Assembly: GCA_029882515.1 (NCBI GenBank) | Contig: JAOUKN010000001.1 | Coordinates: 5,298 to 69,297, forward strand | Source of the DNA: Candidatus Bathyarchaeota archaeon | GTDB lineage: Archaea > Thermoproteota > Bathyarchaeia > Bathyarchaeales > Bathyarchaeaceae | DNA length: 64,000 nucleotides | Direction: 5' to 3' | In this document: in pieces, positions 37,771-48,229 of the stretch | Position numbering within the stretch: position 1 is the stretch's first letter | How the letters are laid out: the number at the start of each line of letters is the position of its first letter | The notes under the pieces: generated by a model | What the model saw: the letters and a program-made list of their open reading frames with translations, nothing else | The model's database searches: none | Told to the model about the DNA's origin: nothing | Made by a program: the position numbers and the translations under genes

Positions 37771-39134
37771 ATGTATACCTGAAGGGAGCTGTTCTTCTCC
37801 TCGTCCTAGTACTGGTTTTATCTAACATCTTCGTTTATGCCCAATCAACTTTGATTCAACAAGGGTTGGAGAAACTGCAACATGACCAGTCAGAACTGGA
37901 GAATGCCGTTAATGAGTTGAGAGAAGGAAATGAGAACTCTACTGCGATACTTGTAAATATCTATGCCGAGACTGGGCAGTTCCCCATAAGGTTTAATCAA
38001 ACACTTTTCTCAAATAATAGGACCCATATATACCACTTTTACTGGTCTCGCTGCGGCTCTTGTGAAATACGAAACGAAAGGAGCTTCAATCAAAGACTTC
38101 CCAATTGGACTATGAACGCATCTGAGAACGACTTTGAAGCTGCGCAATACAACACTGACAAAGAGGGACAAGACATAGCAGAAGAAATATTCAGTGTATT
38201 TGCGCTTCCAGAATCTGAAGTAACATCAAGTCAACGAAACCGTCTCATGTTGTTAAACAACTTTGAAGGGTTAATTTTTGAGTTTCCCACTTCCATACTT
38301 CCAGAAACAGGTGACGATGAAACCATAAACGTTGCAGTCTTGTATTTGGTTGAAGGCGGCGTCGCCCTCATACAAGACTCAAACAATCCGAACTTCCCCC
38401 CAGTCGACCCCGATGACGAGGATCTGTCTTCAATTCCCTTTCATTCAGTTTTGACCCTGATCGTGGTAAGCGGATTGTTAGACGGCATCAACCCCTGTGC
38501 ATTTGCCGTCTTACTCTTCTTCACCGCTTTCCTCTTCATAACAAGCCGTACATCCGTAGAACAAACTAAACGGAGACTCCTACTAGTCGGTTTGATCTAC
38601 ATCCTCGGAGTCTACATTGCATATCTAGTGATAGGTGTAGGTATCGTTCGGACAATCACAATAACTCCTTTTACCCATTTAGTGGGGAAAATAGGTGCCG
38701 TACTTGTAATCTTGCTTGGGGTCGTTAACATTAAGGACTACTTTTGGCCAGGGCGGGGATTTAGCCTAAGTATGTCAACTTCTCAGTGGAAGACTGTGAG
38801 GACGTGGATGCGCAGTTCAACTGTTCTTTCAGCATTCGTAATGGGGTTGATCGTGAGTCTTTTTGAGTTTCCTTGTACAGGAGGAATTTATTTTGCTATC
38901 TTAGGAATGCTGGCTGAGAGGACAACCTTTACGCAAGGATTTGGGTATTTGCTTGTTTATAATGTGGCGTTCGTTCTCCCGTTGATTGTCCTTCTGGCGT
39001 TTGTATCGCGGAGAAGAGTGATGAAATTCTCGTTGGAACAATGGCAACAGCGTCATGGCAAACGCATGAGGTTACTGTTAGGTTTAGTGATGATTAGTCT
39101 AGGAATTTTCTTGCTGTTTTTCAGTTTCACTTAG
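37731..39134 (+). CDS. CcdA/DsbD-like membrane protein fused to an extracytoplasmic thioredoxin-like CxxC domain
   Basis: 'FYWSRCGSC'; 'GLLDGINPCAF', 'FEFPCTGGIY', 'YNVAFVLPL'. Confidence 0.88.
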   Translation: MRGISKFVKSENLNVYLKGAVLLLVLVLVLSNIFVYAQSTLIQQGLEKLQHDQSELENAVNELREGNENSTAILVNIYAETGQFPIRFNQTLFSNNRTHIYHFYWSRCGSCEIRNERSFNQRLPNWTMNASENDFEAAQYNTDKEGQDIAEEIFSVFALPESEVTSSQRNRLMLLNNFEGLIFEFPTSILPETGDDETINVAVLYLVEGGVALIQDSNNPNFPPVDPDDEDLSSIPFHSVLTLIVVSGLLDGINPCAFAVLLFFTAFLFITSRTSVEQTKRRLLLVGLIYILGVYIAYLVIGVGIVRTITITPFTHLVGKIGAVLVILLGVVNIKDYFWPGRGFSLSMSTSQWKTVRTWMRSSTVLSAFVMGLIVSLFEFPCTGGIYFAILGMLAERTTFTQGFGYLLVYNVAFVLPLIVLLAFVSRRRVMKFSLEQWQQRHGKRMRLLLGLVMISLGIFLLFFSFT

Positions 39135-39358
39135 ACCCCTTCTTCTTTTCTGTACGATTTCAAAGCGATCATTTTTCTAGCCAAACAGAAAGACGATAGG
39201 AATGGATTTCATGAGTTTCAGAATACAATAGATTTCAGCAAAAGAAATTAAATAAATCCATACAGAACTGTATGATTTGGGCACGAAAATGGGAATAGTG
39301 TTGAAGAGCAAAATGTGCGTGTGCATGTGAACAATGGAATGAAAAGGAGGTGAGAAAC

Positions 39359-39475
39359 ATGACCAAGAAAGGTGAAGTATACCTTTGTGAGATATGCGGG
39401 AACAAAGTGCAAGTGCTAGAAACAGGCGCTGGAACCCTAGTTTGTTGCGGACAGGACATGACGCTACTACAGTGA
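39359..39475 (+). CDS. desulforedoxin-like Fe(Cys)4 protein (38 aa, absent from ORF track)
   Basis: AGGAGGTGA RBS; MTKKGEVYLCEICGNKVQVLETGAGTLVCCGQDMTLLQ. Confidence 0.93.
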   Translation: MTKKGEVYLCEICGNKVQVLETGAGTLVCCGQDMTLLQ

Positions 39476-39554
39476 AGCTTAAAAGACTGTTGCCCTCTCA
39501 AGCAGGTAGGTTTTGCGATCTGTAGAAACTCCGCTCAGAAATGAACTAGCGAAA

Positions 39555-40601
39555 TCATTGCTTATGAAGGGGGCTCTTCATAGTTCTGTGTGGTGAACTG
39601 GTAAGCGGTCTCGGAGAAAGCTCTCTTACCCAAGGCACAGGCGTATCAGGGATTTGATCAGAACGTTCAACTAGAAAGGTTGAAGCCTTTGATGTCTCAG
39701 CGACAAGTTTTGCCGTTTCTTCCAGAAAGTTAGCAAGTTTCATTCCAGAAGGTGTCAATTCGTACGTTCTGGGTTTCTTTCGAGTAAAGACGAGTCGTCT
39801 CTTCCTCAGCCTTTGCAGATATTTGTAGGTTCTTCTGAGATTTATGCCAACTTGCTTGGAAAGCTCTCTGGTAGAGATGCCATCATCTGGAATAGTTTCA
39901 TAGACCTTTCTCTCGGTTGGAGAGAATGCCTTTTTTGGCACCTTCTTCGTTCTGAAATAGAAAACGTAGTCGGGAGTTTTGCTCTTAGCCACCAGTCCAT
40001 TTTCTATCAGCCTCCTTAGAGATCTTGACAAACTTTTTTGAGTTATTGATTCAGCAAAGTCAGCGTAGGATTGTGGTCCATCTTTCAATTTTTTCAACAA
40101 TATTTCTTCATGGCACTGCGAATGAGATGGCAATGGATTTTCTCCATCAAATTCGTTCAATAGGTCGAGAAATTTTTGCCCATACAGTGTTAACTTATGT
40201 TTGGTGCCATCTTTTTTGACGAGACCCGTTTTCACAAGTGGTTCAACATAGGCGCTGGCGATGGTTTGTTGACTGTGATAGTGTCCTCTACTTTTCAAGT
40301 ATTGTTGCAATCCTTTTAAGCTATGAGGATGTTTAGAAAGGGCCTCAATAATTTTCCGCCGTCTATCGTTTTTCACAGCATTGAGCAGGTTATGTACATG
40401 ATCATCTGCACACAACATCCCATTCATTTCGAAGAATTCATTTTTCGCCTTCCATATCTCGCATTGTTCAGTGCATGTCATAGGAGAAGTGGGCTCACAG
40501 TATCGGCAAATACTGTCTGCCTGTTTGATAATTTCGCCCAAATCTGTACTATTGTTTACTATTTTCGATAGCCATTGTCGGGAGAGTATTTCAAGAATCA
40601 T
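39555..40601 (-). CDS. multi winged-helix transcriptional regulator with N-terminal Cys cluster
   Basis: 'CRYC...C...C'; three wHTH-like units ending in wing motifs 'KLTLYG' and 'YELTPSG'. Confidence 0.8.
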   Translation of the reverse strand: MILEILSRQWLSKIVNNSTDLGEIIKQADSICRYCEPTSPMTCTEQCEIWKAKNEFFEMNGMLCADDHVHNLLNAVKNDRRRKIIEALSKHPHSLKGLQQYLKSRGHYHSQQTIASAYVEPLVKTGLVKKDGTKHKLTLYGQKFLDLLNEFDGENPLPSHSQCHEEILLKKLKDGPQSYADFAESITQKSLSRSLRRLIENGLVAKSKTPDYVFYFRTKKVPKKAFSPTERKVYETIPDDGISTRELSKQVGINLRRTYKYLQRLRKRRLVFTRKKPRTYELTPSGMKLANFLEETAKLVAETSKASTFLVERSDQIPDTPVPWVRELSPRPLTSSPHRTMKSPLHKQ

Positions 40602-40615
40602 GTTGGGCCCCCTAA

Positions 40616-40760
40616 ATGATGCATGTCATAAAGATACTGTGCTGGGTCAGTACGTCCGATCCAGCTGAAAGAGAGAAAAGAGGAGGGAAGAGAAAGGGAA
40701 CGCTTCATGCGTCTAAGCCTCTTTATGACATACGTCATATTCATACATGACATACGTCAT
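40616..40760. promoter_or_regulatory. divergent promoter with three ATGAC-N4-GTCAT sites
   Basis: ATGACATACGTCAT at 40725-40738 and 40747-40760; ATGATGCATGTCAT at 40616-40629; TATA-like CTTAAATA at 40762. Confidence 0.75.
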
Positions 40761-40806
40761 ACTTAAATACGTTTCGATACCATTACAGTGGTTAGTGAAA
40801 TAAGAC

Positions 40807-41196
40807 ATGTTGCTTCCATGTGAAGTCGCGGTAAGATCAGTTGTCCCCGCCATCCGATCTGCTATTGCAAGAGAATTAACACAATCGTGTGGATTGAAGC
40901 AAAAAGACGTGGCAATACTTTTAGGGGTCACCCAAACGGCTGTAAGTAAGTATACCCGACAGATTAGGGGAATAGTTCTGAAAGTTGAAGACATAGAAGA
41001 AGTGCAACCGATATTAAAGGAGGTCATTGCTTCATTGACCAAGAGGCACATGTCCAAATATGAACTGGTAGAAAGGCTTTGCACCGTCTGCCGGATCATT
41101 AGAGAAAAAGGGTTGATGTGTGAGATATGCAGACGTTCTGACTCATCAATCGATGTGCAGCAATGTTTGATTTGCCGTTGCGAAGGACGTTTCTAA
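40807..41196 (+). CDS. COG2522-like HTH transcriptional regulator with Cys-rich C-terminus
   Basis: 'MLLPCEVAVRSVVPAIR', 'QKDVAILLGVTQTAVSKY'. Confidence 0.88.
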   Translation: MLLPCEVAVRSVVPAIRSAIARELTQSCGLKQKDVAILLGVTQTAVSKYTRQIRGIVLKVEDIEEVQPILKEVIASLTKRHMSKYELVERLCTVCRIIREKGLMCEICRRSDSSIDVQQCLICRCEGRF

Positions 41197-41490
41197 ACAA
41201 ACGTTAGGAAAGTGAACATGAATCTCGCCTTTTTTCGTATGTTTGGATTGAGAATATTTCTAATCACAATAAGGTGGATGTATGTGCACACGCACTATGT
41301 TTCAAACAAGGTTTCCAAAATCCACTAAGGCAGTAAACAAGCAATCATATCCTTTTTTCAGAATTAATCAGATGTATACATAGTTTAGACTCCCAAAAAT
41401 CTACAGTGATAATATTCCAAAAATTGTTGAGAACAATACTAAAATCCAAGTGTAGCGCATCTGTTTTATAGAATTATGGATTAGGAAAGT

Positions 41491-43923
41491 GTGCCGATAT
41501 TGAATGAGTTAACCGTAGATAAACTTAGAGCGGTATGCGATCCCAAGTTAATACGTTGTAAAACCACGGAAGAACTAGTACCCTTGGAAGAGATCATTGG
41601 TCAAGAGAGGGCAGTAAAGGCTCTCAGATTCGGCTTAGACATAAAGGAACGCGGGTTCAACATATACGTGGCAGGTCTTCCCGGGTCGGGCCGAAGAACA
41701 GCGGTAAAAAACTTCCTCGAGGAAGTCGCCAAGAGCAAACCCGTACCTTATGATTGGTGTTATGTAAACAACTTCAGTAATCCTTTCGTGCCAAGAGCAA
41801 TAAAACTGCCCCCTGGGCAAGGAGAAAAATTTCATCGGAATATGAAAAACTTCATCGGCGAGATACGAAACTTATTGCCCAAAGCCTTTGAAAGCGAGGA
41901 TTACGCTACCAGGAAAGACACAATTATTGGGGCTATCGAAGAAGAGCGAAACGGGCTTTTGGCTCAACTCAACGAGAAAGCTCGGAAAGAAGGTTTTGTC
42001 CTCAGAAGTACACCAATTGGAGTGCTTATTGTCCCGGTAGTTCAGGGGCGGCCTCTGAAGGATGAGGAATTCATGGCTCTCTCTCAACAAGTGAGGGCTG
42101 AAATTGAGAAAAAGAGAGAAAGATTAAGATCAGAACTGAGAAGCGCTATGAGGCAACTTCGCGGATTGGAGAGGAAAGTGAACGAAGAGGTCCAAAAACT
42201 GAATCGAGAGGTCACCACTTACGCCATCGGCTCTCTATTCGACAATCTCATGGAGGAATACAAAGAATTTCCTTCTGTGAAGACGTATCTTGAGGATATA
42301 CGAAACGATATTCTCGAAAACGTAGCCCTGTTCATAAAAGGACCTGAAATTCCTCAAGTTCCATTCCCCGTTCCTTGGTTAAAGGAGCTCCCCCTCAGAA
42401 AATATGAAATCAACGTGATCGTGAATAACTCTGAACTTCATGGGGCGCCGGTTATCATGGAATTCAATCCCACTCATCAAAATCTATTTGGAAGGATAGA
42501 AAAGGAAGCACAGTTCGGTGCCTTTACTACTGACTTCACCATGATTCGTGGAGGATCCCTTCACAGAGCAAACGGTGGATATCTAGTGCTCCCGGTTGAA
42601 GATATACTTCGCAATCTCTTCTCCTACGAGGCCCTAAAGAGGTGTCTAATGAACGAGTGTATCGACATAGAAGAGGCCGGAGAACGCTTAGGCTTCATCA
42701 CCACAAAAGGACTGCGACCAGAACCCATCCCCTTAAAGGTCAAAGTGATTCTCATCGGAAATCCTTTGATCTATCATCAGCTATACCTATTGGACAAGGA
42801 CTTCAAAGAACTTTTCAAAGTGAAGGCTGACTTTGACACCACTATGGATCGAACAGACGAGAATATAATAAAGTATGCCTCTTTCATCTGCACCTTCTGC
42901 GGAAAGGAGAACCTCCAACACCTTGATGCGTCAGGTGTGGCCAAAGTCGTTGAGCATAGTTCTAGACTGGCTCAAGATCAGCAAAAGCTTTCCACTAAAT
43001 TTGGCGAGATTGCTGATATCATTCGGGAAGCCAATTTCTACGCTCTACGTGAGAACTCTAAGTATGTTGCTAGTAACCATGTCATGAAGGCCATTGAAGA
43101 AAAAGTCTATCGCTCTAATCTCGTTCAAGAGAAGATTCGAGAAATGATTGAGCGAGACATCGTACTCATTGACACTGATAAAGAAGCTGTAGGACAAGTG
43201 AATGGTTTGTCGGTCATGAGCTTAGGAGACTTTGCCTTTGGGGCTCCCTCCCGCGTAACTGCTAGCGTAGGATTAGGACGGGAAGGAATTATAGATATTC
43301 AACGAGAGGCCAAACTGGCGGGCCCAATTCACACTAAAGGAGTAATGATTCTGAGTGGCTATCTAGCTGAGAAGTATGCACAAGACAGCCCCCTTACCCT
43401 TTCTGCTCGCTTAGTTTTCGAACAAAGCTACGGTATGGTCGAAGGAGACAGTGCTTCCAGTACAGAATTATATGCTATTCTTTCTGCTCTTTCAGGTCTC
43501 CCCATCAAACAGAGCATTGCAGTCACAGGCTCCGTGAATCAGAAGGGAGAAGTTCAGGCGATCGGTGGGGTGAACGAGAAAATCGAAGGGTTCTTCGAAG
43601 TCTGTAAAGCTAAGGGACTCACCGGAGAACAAGGAGTAATCATCCCAGAAAGCAATGTACAGAATCTAATACTGAAGGAGGAGGTAGTCGGGGCTGTTCA
43701 AGCAAGAAAATTCCATATATACCCCGTAAAGTCTATTGATGAGGGCATTGAGATTCTGGCAGGAATCAGAGCAGGCTCAAGGCGCCCAGATGGAAATTTC
43801 GAGGAAAAAACAGTAAACTACCAAGTGGACAAGCGCCTGAAAGAGATGGCGGAGAAACTAAGAGAATTTCCAGAATTCGTTGTGGAAAAGAGAAAGAGAC
43901 CTAGCAGCGGAGAGAGAAATTAA
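41491..43923 (+). CDS. Lon-like ATP-dependent protease (LonC/AAA_32 type)
   Basis: 'IIGQERA', 'GSLHRANGGYL', catalytic 'EGDSAS', 'IGGVNEKIEGF'. Confidence 0.95.
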   Translation: MPILNELTVDKLRAVCDPKLIRCKTTEELVPLEEIIGQERAVKALRFGLDIKERGFNIYVAGLPGSGRRTAVKNFLEEVAKSKPVPYDWCYVNNFSNPFVPRAIKLPPGQGEKFHRNMKNFIGEIRNLLPKAFESEDYATRKDTIIGAIEEERNGLLAQLNEKARKEGFVLRSTPIGVLIVPVVQGRPLKDEEFMALSQQVRAEIEKKRERLRSELRSAMRQLRGLERKVNEEVQKLNREVTTYAIGSLFDNLMEEYKEFPSVKTYLEDIRNDILENVALFIKGPEIPQVPFPVPWLKELPLRKYEINVIVNNSELHGAPVIMEFNPTHQNLFGRIEKEAQFGAFTTDFTMIRGGSLHRANGGYLVLPVEDILRNLFSYEALKRCLMNECIDIEEAGERLGFITTKGLRPEPIPLKVKVILIGNPLIYHQLYLLDKDFKELFKVKADFDTTMDRTDENIIKYASFICTFCGKENLQHLDASGVAKVVEHSSRLAQDQQKLSTKFGEIADIIREANFYALRENSKYVASNHVMKAIEEKVYRSNLVQEKIREMIERDIVLIDTDKEAVGQVNGLSVMSLGDFAFGAPSRVTASVGLGREGIIDIQREAKLAGPIHTKGVMILSGYLAEKYAQDSPLTLSARLVFEQSYGMVEGDSASSTELYAILSALSGLPIKQSIAVTGSVNQKGEVQAIGGVNEKIEGFFEVCKAKGLTGEQGVIIPESNVQNLILKEEVVGAVQARKFHIYPVKSIDEGIEILAGIRAGSRRPDGNFEEKTVNYQVDKRLKEMAEKLREFPEFVVEKRKRPSSGERN

Positions 43924-43994
43924 TCCGTCTTCACGTACGCATGGAAGGATTAATGCTGGAAATTGCATGATTCAATCAGAAGGAAAAGAAGAAA

Positions 43995-44279
43995 ATGAGA
44001 ACCATAAAGGTCCCTGGCAAAAACAATAAACATAGAGTTCTCGTATATGCCCTAAGCACTTGTGCATGGTGCAAACGAACGAAGAAAGTCTTGATCGATA
44101 ACGATGTCGAATATGAATATGTAGATGTTGATCTATGTAGCGAAGAAGAAAGAAAAACAATAAGCAATGATATTCTAAGCCGTGGAGGCCGCCTCAGCTA
44201 TCCTACAATTCTCATAGACGACAGAATAATGATCACGGGGTTCCACGAAGATAAAATAAAGGAGGTCTTGGCGATTTGA
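43995..44279 (+). CDS. glutaredoxin-like protein
   Basis: 'YALSTCAWCKRTK', 'SYPTI'. Confidence 0.92.
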   Translation: MRTIKVPGKNNKHRVLVYALSTCAWCKRTKKVLIDNDVEYEYVDVDLCSEEERKTISNDILSRGGRLSYPTILIDDRIMITGFHEDKIKEVLAI

Positions 44280-44824
44280 TACCCTTGGAAAAAGTGAAAC
44301 AAAGAGCAGAAAGTGATGCAAAGAGTCATGGCTACTACCTGAACTCTGACCCGGAGTTTCTCAAGAATCTTCTTGAAGGACTTAAACAAAACGAAGAGCG
44401 ATATGGCTATCTCTCATGTCCATGTAGACTCGCGTCTGGAAAGTTTAGGTTTGACCGAGACATAATATGTCCATGTGACTACCGAGACCCAGACATTGAG
44501 GAATATGGGTGCTGCTACTGCGCGCTATATGTAAGAAAAGATGTGTTTGAAGGAGAAACTCCAATACAACCAATTCCAGAACGTAGACCTCCGGAAAAAC
44601 AAACCAGCGCCTACGCAGGTTCGACAGGAGCCCCTGTTAAAAAGCGGTCTGAAAGAATTGCCACTCATATCGAGAAACCTACCAAGAGCAAACTGGAAAT
44701 GTGGTACTGCAAGCAATGTGGTTACGTCTGCTTCCGTGAAGAACCCCCTTATGTTTGTCCCATATGCAAAGCCAAGAAAGAAATGTTTACTGAAATAGCG
44801 ATATGCACCGATGTTTATGGATAA
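44276..44824 (+). CDS. ferredoxin:thioredoxin reductase catalytic subunit fused to a rubredoxin-like domain (FDR type)
   Basis: CPC...CPC...CYC motifs; C-terminal 'WYCKQCGY...CPIC'. Confidence 0.92.
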   Translation: MIPLEKVKQRAESDAKSHGYYLNSDPEFLKNLLEGLKQNEERYGYLSCPCRLASGKFRFDRDIICPCDYRDPDIEEYGCCYCALYVRKDVFEGETPIQPIPERRPPEKQTSAYAGSTGAPVKKRSERIATHIEKPTKSKLEMWYCKQCGYVCFREEPPYVCPICKAKKEMFTEIAICTDVYG

Positions 44825-44896
44825 AGCTTGGCCACTTAGACAATAAACGAAAGCAGGATAGAGTGCAGGGGCATACATCAGAGACGAGGAAAAAGA

Positions 44897-45838
44897 ATGG
44901 CAACCGATGTCGTTATACGAACGATAGTGCCTATTCTACTTCTAGTTGGAGCAGGGTTTTTTTCGAGAAAAATGAAATTCTTAAAATCTGGTGACGAACG
45001 GGTCCTCAGTGCTTACGTATATTATTTTGCCTTACCAGCTCTGTTTTTTGTTAATATGGTTGAAACAAATTTCGTGGAAGAAGAGACCCTGAGGTTCATG
45101 GTGGCAGGAATCATCCCTGTCCTTGTTGTTCTGACGATCTACCTCTCGCTCTACCTTATATTTAGATTCCCGAGGAACACCTTATATCTGCTTATTCTAA
45201 GTACCATTTTTGGTAGCCTCGCCTTTTTCGGCATACCTTTCATAACATTTGCCTTTCCCCCTCCCGCAGAAGGGGAGTATCTGGCCACGCTATCAGCAGC
45301 TACTATTGCTATCATAAGTGTTACAATTTCTATTACAATTCTCGAATTGTATAGACTTGAACAATCTACAGTATGGAAGGGGTTAAAACATGTTGTAAAG
45401 AGGCTTTCCAGAAACCCACTGGTTATATCAATTTTGTCTGGTATTCTGTTATCCGTTACTGGAATAGAAATTCCCTCTCCAGTATCAACTTCCCTGCATA
45501 TGTTGGGAGGCACCACATCTGCGGTGGCCATCTTTATGCTTGGGGTCTTTCTCTATGGACGGAAGTATACGAATCTAGTTGAAGCTTTTGGGTTAAGTCT
45601 CTTGAGGATAGTGTTCTTACCCATCGTAGCTCTCTTGACTACGGTGCTGTTTAACTTGTTTGATGTGGAAAGATCTGTGTTGGTACTTATGCATGGTATG
45701 CCTGTTGCCATTTCAATGATAATTCTCAGCGAACGTTATGATTTTTATAAAGAGACGATTGCCTCTCTAATCTTAATTTCTTCACTTGGAGCGGGATTGT
45801 ATCTAAATTTATGGCTCACCGTGGTAGGGTATTATTAG
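44897..45838 (+). CDS. AEC family transporter
   Basis: 'VYYFALPALFF', 'FFGIP', 'RNPLVIS', 'MPVA'. Confidence 0.92.
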   Translation: MATDVVIRTIVPILLLVGAGFFSRKMKFLKSGDERVLSAYVYYFALPALFFVNMVETNFVEEETLRFMVAGIIPVLVVLTIYLSLYLIFRFPRNTLYLLILSTIFGSLAFFGIPFITFAFPPPAEGEYLATLSAATIAIISVTISITILELYRLEQSTVWKGLKHVVKRLSRNPLVISILSGILLSVTGIEIPSPVSTSLHMLGGTTSAVAIFMLGVFLYGRKYTNLVEAFGLSLLRIVFLPIVALLTTVLFNLFDVERSVLVLMHGMPVAISMIILSERYDFYKETIASLILISSLGAGLYLNLWLTVVGYY

Positions 45839-45945
45839 AGATGTTTAGGAATTTCGGGTTGATGCGAGGTGAGTGATCTACAAAAGATGAAGCCAACGAG
45901 GAAAAAGAGTAAATGTGTTTAGGCATCAGAAAAAAGGAAGTTTAT

Positions 45946-46203
45946 TCATTTATTGTGCCGCATGGTGCTCAGAACTTCTTTGAGTGACATCGCTTGTTCC
46001 TTGAGCGTGGACACTTCTCTTTCTAGACCTTCAGTCTCCTTTTCCATTTCTTCCCCAAGTTCTTCTATTTCACGTATAAGCTCGGCTCTCTCCTTTTGCA
46101 ATCTTCGTGCTTTTTCTAGAAACTTGTCTAACGACTTATCAAGATCGATCTCCGTGGTCTTCTTTTTCCCATAGAATTCGTACGAGTTCTCGTCATCAGC
46201 CAT
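45946..46203 (-). CDS. small coiled-coil protein
   Basis: E/K-rich heptads; RBS GAAGGGA. Confidence 0.7.
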   Translation of the reverse strand: MADDENSYEFYGKKKTTEIDLDKSLDKFLEKARRLQKERAELIREIEELGEEMEKETEGLEREVSTLKEQAMSLKEVLSTMRHNK

Positions 46204-46550
46204 TTTCTAGACTTCCCTTCATATTCACAACATTTGTCTAGTGTTGAGTTAGTGGATTGTCTTTTAAGATTTGAGAAGTAGGAATCAACATTCTAATTAT
46301 GGATGCATTCGCATGCTCAGTGTGCGCGTCTTGATTTGTCTCTCGCACTCCAAAGCTATTGGAAAAAAAGAAGGATAGGCAAAGCCAACCTGTATGGGTA
46401 CGCTTTATTTTGTTTCAAAGCTAAACTAATTTTGTTGTTATTAACACACAAGACCAAACATACACGTATGACTGTAATGTGCTCAATTAAATAGTCAGAC
46501 TTATAATTCACAGCAACCCTTTAGAGGTACTCCACTGATAGAGGGAGACT

Positions 46551-47837
46551 ATGGTTGAGTACGACGCGGTCATAGTTGGAGCTGGCATCCTAGGTTTATC
46601 AACTGTATATCATATCAAAAAAAGACATCCAAACAAGGAAATTCTGGTCATAGACAAGCTAAATGCTGCAGGTCAAGCTGCTACTGCTAAAAGTGCGGCT
46701 GCCTTTCGATGTCTATTTTCCTCCAAAACAAACTTCCTTCTTGCAGACTCCTCTGCTGAGTTTTATCGTTATGTACAGGAGGATTTGAACGTCGATCTAA
46801 AGATGAGATGGGTAGGCTATCTATGGCTTTTTAACGAAGAGAATTATGAGAAAACACTTCCGGTGCTAAGAGACCTGTACAAAAAAGGGTTCACGTACGA
46901 AGAATACAACAGCGACGAATTGGCTGAGAAATTGGGTATCCGAACAAATTTCGTTGATGATGAAGAAGCACAGTTAATGGGCTTGGGAAATGCTTACAAA
47001 GGAATTTTCATTCCCAAAGCAGGACTAATTGATGTTGATCTTCTTGTGAAATTCTATGAATCAGAGTTTCTAAGACTAGGCGGGAAGATTCAGTACGTCA
47101 CGAAAGCAGAAAGTGTCGTTGTCGAACCTGGTGAACCTTTAGAAATACCCGGTGAGCCCTACTTCTGGCAAGATGCTAACGTTGTTGGAGTAAACACAAA
47201 TAAAGGTACAATCAAGGCGAAGAAAACTATGATTGTTGGTGGGGCTTGGTCTTCTCAGCTCTTAGACTCTCTTGGAGTCGAATGCCATATTAAGCCGAAG
47301 AAAAGGCAAATTTTCTCTGTAAAAGCCAACACTGACGCTTTGGGAAAATTGTTGTTCACCAAGGGTTTCAATGACGTTGGCTGTTTGCCTTTTACCATTT
47401 TGCCTAATCCCTCAGTGTTAATTAGACCCGTTCTTGAAGAGAATGCTTTCTGGCTGGGTTATGCTGATGAATTTCCAAGGGCTTTCAAACTTGAGGAGGA
47501 CTCGCAGCCTGAGGAAAACTTCTATCAATATGGAATATACCAAGTATTGGTCAAATATTTCCCGCAGTTTTTTGGCTGTCACCCCTTCTCAGCTTTCGCT
47601 GGTTTATACGCTATCAACACCTTGGATAGTCAACCCGTGATTTTTGAAGAAAACCGTTTAATGGTTGTTGGTGGTGCCAGCGGAAGCGGGATCATGAAAG
47701 CTGATGCCATTGGTAGGATTGCCGCAGCGCTTTACAGCGGAGATGAGTATGCCGTTTTGCACGGCGGTAAGGCGATTAAAGTCAGTGATTTAGGCCTGAA
47801 AAACAGGCTTGTGGAACCGGAAAAATTGATTATTTAG
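46551..47837 (+). CDS. FAD-dependent oxidoreductase (DAO/sarcosine oxidase family)
   Basis: 'IVGAGILG', 'GAWS', 'AGLY', 'SGSGIMKADAIG'. Confidence 0.92.
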   Translation: MVEYDAVIVGAGILGLSTVYHIKKRHPNKEILVIDKLNAAGQAATAKSAAAFRCLFSSKTNFLLADSSAEFYRYVQEDLNVDLKMRWVGYLWLFNEENYEKTLPVLRDLYKKGFTYEEYNSDELAEKLGIRTNFVDDEEAQLMGLGNAYKGIFIPKAGLIDVDLLVKFYESEFLRLGGKIQYVTKAESVVVEPGEPLEIPGEPYFWQDANVVGVNTNKGTIKAKKTMIVGGAWSSQLLDSLGVECHIKPKKRQIFSVKANTDALGKLLFTKGFNDVGCLPFTILPNPSVLIRPVLEENAFWLGYADEFPRAFKLEEDSQPEENFYQYGIYQVLVKYFPQFFGCHPFSAFAGLYAINTLDSQPVIFEENRLMVVGGASGSGIMKADAIGRIAAALYSGDEYAVLHGGKAIKVSDLGLKNRLVEPEKLII

Positions 47838-47925
47838 AATGCCTATCTATGCTGTTCTCGGACACGCGATACTGTTAACCTGCCGGGATCGGAAATTCGG
47901 ACTCTGTAACTTTGCGCACGCGCAT

Positions 47926-48228
47926 CTACTTATACCAAAGTAGTTGCTTATCGGGGGAGAACGTCACGCCAGCAATTTTCGCGCCTATATTCAGGACAGG
48001 AGTGAGACCACGTGAAGACAGATAGATATTGCCATCGGGGAGAGGTGGTATGTATACGTCAAGCCATAGGAGAAGTGTATCGTTAGGACTGAGCTCGCTC
48101 AAAGTTGTTTCTAAGTCATTCGAAACTTTTAGTGCGTTGTTTTCTCCACCTGAAACTTTGTACAGTGACGTACTAACAAATAAGAGAGTAGCAAAACACA
48201 GCAACAGACTAGCGGTTTTCTTCTTCAA
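47926..48228 (-). CDS. short secreted protein, probably 3'-truncated
   Basis: TTG start 2 nt after the upstream stop, signal peptide 'KKKTASLLLCF'; ends next to the tract at 47914-47924. Confidence 0.5.
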   Translation of the reverse strand: MKKKTASLLLCFATLLFVSTSLYKVSGGENNALKVSNDLETTLSELSPNDTLLLWLDVYIPPLPDGNIYLSSRGLTPVLNIGAKIAGVTFSPDKQLLWYK

Positions 48229-48229
48229 G

